Positions 28,849 through 36,790 of a stretch of 64,000 bases of DNA are shown here, piece after piece; position 1 is the stretch's first letter, and every line of letters starts with the position of its first letter. The stretch spans positions 3,020-67,019 of the forward strand of contig JBGARN010000007.1 in the NCBI GenBank assembly GCA_044230205.1, written 5' to 3'. The notes beneath the pieces are model-generated. The model had not been told where the DNA came from and did not search any database. It saw nothing but the letters and a program-made list of their open reading frames with translations. The translations under genes and the position numbers were made by a program. The stretch comes from Bacteroidia bacterium. Lineage in GTDB: Bacteria > Bacteroidota > Bacteroidia > AKYH767-A > OLB10.

Positions 28849-30771
28849 TTAAAATAAAACCATCTGTCGGCTATCAACAATATTTTGATCAACTATAAGA
28901 ACATAAGAATATGTACCGGCAGCTAGTGTATTACCGTTGATTTCAATTTGTCCTTTACCTTTTGATGTAATCGAGTAGGTATTGATTTCTTTTCCATCGG
29001 CATTATAAATCTTTATTACTGCCTGATGTGCTTTAACCGGTATATAAAACTTTATAACGGTTTTATCAGTAAAAGGATTGGGATTGTTTTGAAACAGAAG
29101 TCCCCCTGATTCATCCTCCGGTATTAATTTTTCTTTTCGAAGAGAATTCAGCTTTTGTTGTTGCTCTTCGGAAAGTACTGATATAATCAACTCATTTAAT
29201 TCTCTCAATTCTTCATTCTGCTTTTTTAATTCAATGGTTGTTTTATCCAGTTCCTGCACTGCCTTAACCAATGGAACAACAAATGCAGCATATTGTATTG
29301 AATAGAGTTTGGCATTTCCTGATGGTGGTTGTACTCCGCTGAATTTATAATTACACATTTTGGCAGCTTGTTCCACTTCCTGTGCTATGAAACCAGTTTG
29401 AACAATTTTTTCAATGTCATATTTGCCTTCCCAATCAGCGTCATTATTTATTTCGCAGATTTCATTCTCGCGATGAATGTTAAGATTGTAGGTAACAGGA
29501 TTTAATTTATTGATGAATTCAAGCCCCGGCACATTGCTTTGAATATTGTCTTTAATTCTTTTGTCGCTGTAAGTACTCCAGATAACTTGTCCTCCTATCC
29601 AGCTAACACTGGAGTTTCCTATTTCAATGGTATTGGAATTATTTCCAAGATGACCTGCATAATATCCAAATGATGAAAAATTTGTTGGGTTGTAACCATT
29701 GTTACTTCCTGCTTGTCTTCCAAGATTAGTATTATAACTCCCCGAAACATTATAAAACATAGCATCGTATCCTACCGCAGTATTATTAATTCCTGATGTG
29801 TTATTATAAAGTGCATTTAAACCATCGGCTAAATTTCCGGTTCCGATTGTATTATTATAAAGCGCCTGAACGCCTGAAGCTGTATTATAAATACCAGATG
29901 TATTTTGCCTTAGTGCATATTTGCCAATTGCCGTATTATAATTTCCGTTTGAATTGGTATAAAGACTCTGAAAACCAACAGCTGTATTATCAAATCCATC
30001 ATTATTATAAAGCAATGCTTCGCTGCCAACGGCACAATTGTTATTACCTGTGGTGTTACTGAATAAACCTTGAAAACCAATAGCGGTATTTTTTTGTCCG
30101 CTTGAACATGAATGTAATGCACGGAAGCCCATTGCTGTATTACTTAGCCCGTTTATATTGTAATATAGGGTTGCGTAGCCAAATGCAGAATTAGTACTGC
30201 CATAGGTATTTAGTGCTAACGCCTGGTCACCGCATGCCGTATTCCAGTCTCCATAATTATTACTCATCAATACTCTGCTTCCAATGGCAGTATTTGAATA
30301 ACCTGTTGTATTGTTTGCCCCTGCATATGAGCCAATAAAAGTATTATTGGTTCCATCAGAGCTTAGATTAGTGGTGTCGTTTTTTCTTCCGGCATTCAGG
30401 CCGATGTAGGTATTCGTTGAATCATCTGAATGAATGTGCATTAGATCATAACCCGCTGCATTTCTAAGACGAATAAGCGGAAGAGAATCATACTGATTGG
30501 CATATGCATCAATAACCAGTTGCGAACTGTTTGAAGTTGCCTTAATGTGCAAGGTTGAAACCGGGGATACAGAACCTATTCCTACTTTGCCTCCTGAGGT
30601 TATTGTCATTCTAACCGAGTTATTGGTTCTGAATTTAATTGGCTTGCTGTCTGTGGTTCCGAGGAAATTGTTTGAAGAGTTAGTACCTGCATTGCCTGAC
30701 AGATTCCAAGCCTGGCTAAATGCCTGTGTGTAAAGTGCAATAAGAGCAATAAGTAGTGTTGCTTTTTTCAT
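28849..30771 (-). CDS. Tail-fibre-like protein: YadA-head-like 14-residue repeats, peptidase S74 intramolecular chaperone domain, coiled coil, T9SS CTD
   Basis: Signal peptide. About 15 NTA(I/V)G..AL..NT.G repeats. YSDKRIKDNIQSNVPGLEFINKLNPVTYNL is the S74 chaperone signature, with Ser at nt 29566-29568. ELKKQNEELRELNE is a coiled coil. C-terminal NNPNPFTDKTVIKFYIP...GTYSYVLIVD...QMVLF. Confidence 0.75.
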   Translation of the reverse strand: MKKATLLIALIALYTQAFSQAWNLSGNAGTNSSNNFLGTTDSKPIKFRTNNSVRMTITSGGKVGIGSVSPVSTLHIKATSNSSQLVIDAYANQYDSLPLIRLRNAAGYDLMHIHSDDSTNTYIGLNAGRKNDTTNLSSDGTNNTFIGSYAGANNTTGYSNTAIGSRVLMSNNYGDWNTACGDQALALNTYGSTNSAFGYATLYYNINGLSNTAMGFRALHSCSSGQKNTAIGFQGLFSNTTGNNNCAVGSEALLYNNDGFDNTAVGFQSLYTNSNGNYNTAIGKYALRQNTSGIYNTASGVQALYNNTIGTGNLADGLNALYNNTSGINNTAVGYDAMFYNVSGSYNTNLGRQAGSNNGYNPTNFSSFGYYAGHLGNNSNTIEIGNSSVSWIGGQVIWSTYSDKRIKDNIQSNVPGLEFINKLNPVTYNLNIHRENEICEINNDADWEGKYDIEKIVQTGFIAQEVEQAAKMCNYKFSGVQPPSGNAKLYSIQYAAFVVPLVKAVQELDKTTIELKKQNEELRELNELIISVLSEEQQQKLNSLRKEKLIPEDESGGLLFQNNPNPFTDKTVIKFYIPVKAHQAVIKIYNADGKEINTYSITSKGKGQIEINGNTLAAGTYSYVLIVDQNIVDSRQMVLF

Positions 30772-31213
30772 ATGATTGTAGAGTTAGATTATTTGAAACA
30801 ACTTTAATAAAAATATAGCACATATGCAACTGTTATTATTGAAAATATGTGCCAATGGGTTGTATCTGAAGCATTCGGGTTAACATGGATTTTGATAGGC
30901 TAGTATAACTTTGCTTCTGCAATAGGTTTGTTTTGCTAGTGTTATCTTTCAGTTTTTCATCAAATGCAATGCAGAAATATATTGAAATGCGAAGAGGTGC
31001 TTTTCCAAAAGCCAGCTTATATTTTCAAAATATTAATACGATGAATATCTTTATTCATGCAGACATTTTGCAGCCATGAATGCAAAAAGAGATTTTAATA
31101 AAAAATCATACTTCCAAAAACCTATAAGGATACTGAAATAAAGAATCCAAATTTTTATCTCAATAGAAGATTTGTCTTAAAAGATTTCTGAAAAACATTT
31201 AATTATCCTTACA

Positions 31214-31828
31214 TCAATACAAGAACGAAATTCCTTTAAGCGCAGCTAATCCAATAAGGCTCCAGCCCATTAGCTTGTCAAAATTAAATTTAGCAAGATA
31301 TTGATTGATAACATGCCGCTTTTTAAAAGCCAGTAATGCATAAAAAGACAGCAGCACGAAAGCGCCAAAAGCTGTTCCGGTTATGAAGGCAATTTTTTCG
31401 CTTGTTTCATTAACCATTACAATGCTGTTGATGTAAATTAAAATTCCGAACCAAAATGGAAGCAATTGTGGATTTAATGTGGCAAGTATAATTCCTTTTG
31501 TAAAAGATTGTGATCTGTTTTCGGTGATATGTTTATTCTTTTTCGATTTTTGATTTAGGAAGTATATTCCAACCAAAAACAAAACAGGCCCCACTGCATA
31601 ATTAATTTTCGTAAGAAGTTCAGGATGTTCATTTAAAAAAGTTACTCCGGCAATTGCAATACTGGCATACAGCAATTCAGGAAGACAACCGCCTAAACTC
31701 ACCAGGATGGCCGATTTCAAATCATGGTGGAGTGATGTGCGTATCACCATAAGGTTAACCGGGCCTATATGAATAGAGCCCGCAAAACTGATTATGGCAG
31801 TAAGGAAAAATATATAAAGTAGGGTCAT
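31214..31828 (-). CDS. LysE/RhtB family amino-acid exporter
   Basis: 204 aa, about six TM helices, GPVNLMVI and LNPQLLPFW motifs typical of LysE-type translocators. Confidence 0.65.
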   Translation of the reverse strand: MTLLYIFFLTAIISFAGSIHIGPVNLMVIRTSLHHDLKSAILVSLGGCLPELLYASIAIAGVTFLNEHPELLTKINYAVGPVLFLVGIYFLNQKSKKNKHITENRSQSFTKGIILATLNPQLLPFWFGILIYINSIVMVNETSEKIAFITGTAFGAFVLLSFYALLAFKKRHVINQYLAKFNFDKLMGWSLIGLAALKGISFLY

Positions 31829-31955
31829 TAAACTTTTTTAGTGCAAGTATAGTTATACTGTGTTTTTAAAATTGTCATATGAATTACATCTTGAATTAGT
31901 AAATAGTGTTTAAATTGGCGAATCAATTCAGCAGGTAATTTTATAAACCGGGAAA

Positions 31956-34208
31956 ATGTCTAAAACAGGAATTAAAACCAGTGAGCTCAAAAAGAATTTA
32001 AAGCTCTTTCATTTTACTATTGAAAATTTAAATGAAGCCATCTACTGGATTGATTCGGAGGCAAACATAATTCAGGTGAATGATGCCGCCTGCGAGTTAT
32101 GTGGCTATACGCATGACGAACTTTTGCACATGACTACGCTTGATTTGAATCCAAACATGGATCCTGGCAAGTGGAAGAGGCATTGGCTTAATACAAAAAA
32201 TCAAAAGAAAATAGTTTTTGAATCAAAACACAAGCATAAAGACGGGCATTACTACAATGTCGAAATTGTAAATAATTTTATTGAGTTTGAAGGGAAGGAA
32301 TACAGTTGCAGTATTGTTCGTGATATCACTAAGAAAAAGCAGGAGCAGGAAAGTATTCAGTTAATTACTGAGGGAGTAGCTGGAGTTATTGGTATGGATT
32401 TTTTTGAAACACTTACCAAGTACATCACCATTGCTTTAAATGTTCGTTTCTCTATTGTTACAGAATGTACCCGCAGTGATAAAACACGATTACGAACCAT
32501 TGCATTTGCTGAAAGTGGAAACCTGATTGAAAATTTAGAATACGATACGGATAAGTTTCCCTGCTCCAAAGCAATTGAAGGCAATAATGTTTTTATTCCT
32601 GAAAATCTTGAAAAATTATATCCTGAAGAAAAAGGCCTTGAAGCGTACATGGCTGTTCCTGTTTTAAGTCCGACAACCGGGGAAGTACTCGGACACCTGG
32701 CTGCGTTTGATTCCCGGAAATTTTCAAAAAATGAAAACCATACCAACATACTGAAAATTTTTGCTGCGCGTGCAGGGGCAGAGATTGAGCGCAAGGTGGC
32801 GCAGGAAAAATTAAAAATTGCAAATGCTGAATTGCAATTGTTGCTTAATGACAGCGAAGAGCGCTACCGTGATTTGTTTGAAGAAGCCCCGATTGCATAT
32901 GTACACGAAGGCCTGGATACCAAATTTATCAGAGCCAATCGTGCAGCTTTAAAAATTCTTGGTGTACGTGCAGATGAAGTTAATAAAACTTATGGGCGCA
33001 CCCTGGTGCCCGATACTCCTGAAGCCCAGGAGAGATTAAAAAAAGCATTTGAATTTATTGGAAAGGGAACAGATACAAAAGGAGTTATACTGGAGTTAAG
33101 GCGTAAAGACAATGGCAAGCCTATCTGGATTCAATGGTGGTCAAACCCCGACCGAAGCGGTAAGTTTACTCGTACCATGTTTATAGATATTACAGAAAAA
33201 GTGCTGATGGAGCAGGAGCAGGCGAGGTTGCAGGCACAGAATCAATACCTGCAGGATGAAATTAAGCTCTCTCATAATTTTGATGAAATAATCAGTAAGA
33301 GCAAAGTTTTTCAGAAAGTATTGCGCAAAGTGGAACAGGTAGCATCAACAGACGCAACTGTTTTAATTCTTGGAGAAAGCGGAACAGGCAAGGAATTGTT
33401 GTGTCGGGCTATTCACAGTATAAGTAAGCGAAGTGCCCGCCCATTAGTAAAAATAAATTGTGCTGCATTGCCGGCTAATTTAATTGAGAGTGAATTATTC
33501 GGTCATGAGAAAGGAGCATTTACAGGAGCTACAGAAAGAAAGATTGGACGATTTGAGCTGGCAGATGGCGGAACTATTTTTTTGGATGAGCTGGGTGAAT
33601 TACCTGTTGATTTGCAGTCAAAGCTTCTTCGTGTTTTGCAGGAAGGTGAATTTGAACGATTGGGAAATCCACAAACACATAAAGTAAATGTACGTGTAAT
33701 TGCTGCTACCAACCGCGATTTAGAAAAGGAAATTGAAAAAAATAATTTTCGTGAGGATTTGTATTACCGCTTAAATGTATTTCCAATTGTAAGCATTCCG
33801 TTGCGCGAGCGTATGGAAGATATACCTCTTTTGGTAAAGCATTTTTGTAAAAAATATGAAGCGAAAATCGGTAAGAAGATTACTAACATCCCTAAAAAAG
33901 TCATTGATGAATTGATGAATTATGATTACCCCGGTAACATCCGCGAGTTGGAAAACATTGTTGAACGTGCTTTAATAATCAGCAGTGGAAATACTCTTGA
34001 ACTGGGTGACTGGCTCCCGAAAAAAGCAGCCAATACAAAAACCAAAACCGTTGATTTAAATACAGTAGAAAAAAATCATATAATAGATGTATTAAACAGA
34101 ACCAACTGGAAAGTGAGTGGTGAACGTGGCGCTGCAAAAATACTTGGACTGAAGCCAACAACACTGGAAGCAAGAATGAAGAAGCTTGGCATAGCAAGGG
34201 AAAAGTAA
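31956..34208 (+). CDS. Sigma-54-dependent transcriptional activator (PAS-GAF-PAS-AAA+-Fis HTH)
   Basis: [15 protein letters not shown] Walker A, GAFTGA loop (EKGAFTGA), [20 protein letters not shown], and a C-terminal [24 protein letters not shown]. Confidence 0.9.
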   Translation: MSKTGIKTSELKKNLKLFHFTIENLNEAIYWIDSEANIIQVNDAACELCGYTHDELLHMTTLDLNPNMDPGKWKRHWLNTKNQKKIVFESKHKHKDGHYYNVEIVNNFIEFEGKEYSCSIVRDITKKKQEQESIQLITEGVAGVIGMDFFETLTKYITIALNVRFSIVTECTRSDKTRLRTIAFAESGNLIENLEYDTDKFPCSKAIEGNNVFIPENLEKLYPEEKGLEAYMAVPVLSPTTGEVLGHLAAFDSRKFSKNENHTNILKIFAARAGAEIERKVAQEKLKIANAELQLLLNDSEERYRDLFEEAPIAYVHEGLDTKFIRANRAALKILGVRADEVNKTYGRTLVPDTPEAQERLKKAFEFIGKGTDTKGVILELRRKDNGKPIWIQWWSNPDRSGKFTRTMFIDITEKVLMEQEQARLQAQNQYLQDEIKLSHNFDEIISKSKVFQKVLRKVEQVASTDATVLILGESGTGKELLCRAIHSISKRSARPLVKINCAALPANLIESELFGHEKGAFTGATERKIGRFELADGGTIFLDELGELPVDLQSKLLRVLQEGEFERLGNPQTHKVNVRVIAATNRDLEKEIEKNNFREDLYYRLNVFPIVSIPLRERMEDIPLLVKHFCKKYEAKIGKKITNIPKKVIDELMNYDYPGNIRELENIVERALIISSGNTLELGDWLPKKAANTKTKTVDLNTVEKNHIIDVLNRTNWKVSGERGAAKILGLKPTTLEARMKKLGIAREK

Positions 34209-34340
34209 AAGCATATATAAGAGCATAATTCGTTTAAATGTTCATGGGTAGATCAAAGTCTTTTGCTGTTTTAAAATTTGAAGGAGAATAATTCGTCTTA
34301 GCTTACTCATTAAATAATTAATAATTTAAAACACACAATT

Positions 34341-34835
34341 ATGCAAACTCAACAACTGTTTATTAAGATGGCCTTAGATGCCTGGAACAAAGAGAATTCT
34401 AAAGTGGATAAGATATTCGATACATTCACGGAAGAGCAGGTAAAGTCAGAAGTGGCTCCCGGCAGAAACAGTGGCCTTTACCTCCTTGGTCATTTGGTTG
34501 CTGTAAATGATGCCATGATTCCATTGCTAGGGTTTGGTGAAATGCTTTTCCCGAATCTTCAAAACATTTTTATTTCCAATGAAGATAAATCAGGCGTGGA
34601 AAAACCTTCAATGGCAGATTTGAAAAAATGCTGGCATGATATAAATGCCAAACTGAATAAGCACTTTAGCGAAATGCAACCTGGCGATTGGTTCACACGA
34701 CACAATTCAGTTTCACCTGAAGATTTTTTAAAGGAACCACATCGTAATAAATTAAACATCATCATTAGTCGTACTATTCATCAAAGTTACCATTTAGGTC
34801 AGCTGGTATTTTTGAATGCAACAGTTGCTGCCTAA
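34341..34835 (+). CDS. DinB-family (DinB_2) four-helix metal-binding protein
   Basis: LLGHLVAVND ... IHQSYHLGQL histidine pattern. 164 aa. Confidence 0.6.
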   Translation: MQTQQLFIKMALDAWNKENSKVDKIFDTFTEEQVKSEVAPGRNSGLYLLGHLVAVNDAMIPLLGFGEMLFPNLQNIFISNEDKSGVEKPSMADLKKCWHDINAKLNKHFSEMQPGDWFTRHNSVSPEDFLKEPHRNKLNIIISRTIHQSYHLGQLVFLNATVAA

Positions 34836-34898
34836 GTAAAGTAACAGGAAAGGGATTTGAGAAAATTCCCAATTATTTTTTCCCAACATATTGTGAAA

Positions 34899-34924
34899 CT
34901 CCCAAAATATTGGGGGTTTTTTTT
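34899..34924 (+). terminator. Rho-independent terminator
   Basis: CTCCCAA-AATA-TTGGGGG hairpin followed by T8. Confidence 0.6.
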
Positions 34925-35064
34925 ATGGCAATTTTTGGAAAAAAAATTTATTTATCAGTCTGAAACGCCAGTGTTATTAATGGTTTTGGAAAAATTAAGA
35001 TGGTAGAGAAATTTCTTTGGCACGACTGTGGACTATTGGCAATCATCAAATCAGTAATCACACA

Positions 35065-35394
35065 ATGACGACACAGAAAATAAACGGGACGCGCAAAAAT
35101 GAATTCAGGCAGCTCGTTTTGGAAAAATCAAAAGTAGCAGTTGTAAAATTCACTGCCGATTGGAGCGGAAGTTGCCAGATAGCAAAACCGATATTTTCAG
35201 AATTGAGCAAACGCTATAATGACAGGATAAATTTTTTTACAGTAGATATAGAGAAAAGTAAAAACACAGTTGAAGAATTTAACGTACGTGAATTGCCACA
35301 CTTTTTATTTTTCAAAAACGGAGAGCTGATTGACCAGGTAGTGGGAAGCGCACCTAAAAGTTTACTGGAAAGCAAATTGCAAAATCTTCTTTAG
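35065..35394 (+). CDS. Thioredoxin-fold protein with degenerate active site WSGSC (first Cys replaced by Ser)
   Basis: Start moved from the TTG at 35017 to the ATG at 35065. Aligns by eye along its length with TrxA at 23634. The active site at nt 35161-35175 reads W-S-G-S-C instead of W-C-G-P-C. The cis-Pro (VRELPHF) is retained. Confidence 0.7.
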   Translation: MTTQKINGTRKNEFRQLVLEKSKVAVVKFTADWSGSCQIAKPIFSELSKRYNDRINFFTVDIEKSKNTVEEFNVRELPHFLFFKNGELIDQVVGSAPKSLLESKLQNLL

Positions 35395-35438
35395 AATAAT
35401 TCCAATAACAAACTTTAACATACAAAACACTCAATAAA

Positions 35439-36122
35439 ATGAACACTGAAATCAAACAACATTATTTAAGCAGTCATGCATTATCAACCAACTTAAGCCA
35501 GGATCAATTGAGAGAACTTTGCGCCAGTGCAAATTTCAAAGTAGCTGATAAAGGCGAAAATGTTTATTTCGACAGTGAGTCAGATAACAGGATATACCTG
35601 GTGCTGAAGGGCGTAATCAAAATTTCGGAGATGAATGATAATGGTAATGAAATGATAAAGGAGATAATACGTGAAGGAGATTTTTTCGGAGATATTGCTT
35701 TCGGCAAAAGGGATAGTGATGTAGAATATGCCATTGCACTGATGGATGATACGGTAATTTGCTCATTCAACCGCATCGAGTTTGAATCAATCCTGAATCG
35801 CCATGCAATACTTGCATTGAACTTTGCAAAAAAAGTCGGGGGGAAATTACGCAAGCTGGAAACGCGTCACTCCAACCTGGTTTTTAATGATGTAAAAACA
35901 CGCCTTATTAATTTCTTTAAAGAATGGGCAACATCTGAGGGCAGACGTTCGGGTAATAAGATCATTCTGGCCAACTATCTTACACATAATGATATTGCAG
36001 GATTAATTTCAACATCACGCCAGAGTGTAACCATATTGTTGAATGAGCTGAAAGACTCCGGAATGTTCAGTTACAGCAGAAAGGAAATTGAAATAAACAA
36101 TGATGCATTCTCAGTAAATTAA
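35439..36122 (+). CDS. Crp/Fnr family transcriptional regulator (cNMP-binding domain + HTH)
   Basis: N-terminal beta-roll (IYLVLKGVIKISE...GDFFGD) and C-terminal HTH NDIAGLISTSRQSVTILLNELK. Confidence 0.85.
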   Translation: MNTEIKQHYLSSHALSTNLSQDQLRELCASANFKVADKGENVYFDSESDNRIYLVLKGVIKISEMNDNGNEMIKEIIREGDFFGDIAFGKRDSDVEYAIALMDDTVICSFNRIEFESILNRHAILALNFAKKVGGKLRKLETRHSNLVFNDVKTRLINFFKEWATSEGRRSGNKIILANYLTHNDIAGLISTSRQSVTILLNELKDSGMFSYSRKEIEINNDAFSVN

Positions 36123-36528
36123 GTAAGCTCCAAAACCCCGTAAGGTTTTAAATTTTGAAAAGTATGATTCTCTGATCCCGTAAGATTTAGAATCATCGAA
36201 TTGAAAGACATTAAAGTACAATTAACTAACCCCGTAAGGTTTTGAATTTTGAAAAAGTGATTCACTAATCCCGTAAGATTTTGAATTGTTGAATTAAAAG
36301 CATGAACGTATAATTCACTAACCCCGTAAGGTTTTGAATTTTGAAAAGAGTGATTCTCTGATCCCGTAAGATTTAGAATCATAGCATTAAAAAGCATGAA
36401 GGCACAATTCACTAACCCCGTAAGGTTTTGAATTTTGAAAAGAGTGATTCTCTGATCCCATAAGATTTTGAATCATCGAATTGAAAAGCATGAAGGTATA
36501 ATTCACTAACCCCGTAAGGTTTTGAATT
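36121..36528. repeat. Tandem repeat, 94-bp unit x about 4.3; each unit carries two related hairpins with a CCGTAAG loop motif
   Basis: Unit starts at 36221, 36313, 36407 and 36501 (periods 92/94/94), plus a degenerate leading copy from 36121. CCGTAAG is at 36138, 36178, 36232, 36271, 36324, 36364, 36418, 36458 (CCATAAG) and 36512, with alternating 40/54-nt spacing. Confidence 0.9.
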
Positions 36529-36790
36529 AGAAATCAGGAGTTTGCGTTAATAATAGCCTTCAATAATTATGAAATGGCTTATGTTAAATTATAGTGATTT
36601 GAACGTTAGATAAAAATAGAATTAGGGGATTTTCGGGTTCAGGGTTAAAAAGCCTTGGGCCTTTTTTTATTTTAAGATGGGCTGATGATTTTATTTTCTA
36701 ATTCATTTTTCTTCAGTTCAAAAGTAAACTCACCGACAAATATTTTTCTGCTTAGTATCTTATTTTGGATTTATTTAAATTGAATAAATC

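Noticed and set aside
4310-36122. Adenylate cyclase (4310) and Crp-family regulator (35439) as one cAMP circuit
   Set aside because: They are 29 kb apart with many unrelated genes between them. Nothing in the sequence links them.
36119-36412. 97-aa minus-strand ORF with repeating NLTGSENH / NLTGLVN peptides
   Set aside because: It is the translation of the tandem hairpin repeat. It overlaps the Crp stop and has no start context, signal or recognisable domain. The periodicity is explained by the DNA repeat.
36121-36528. Possible CRISPR array (regularly spaced short conserved motif)
   Set aside because: The segments between the conserved motifs are themselves repeated from unit to unit, so there are no unique spacers. 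No cas genes are present in the window.
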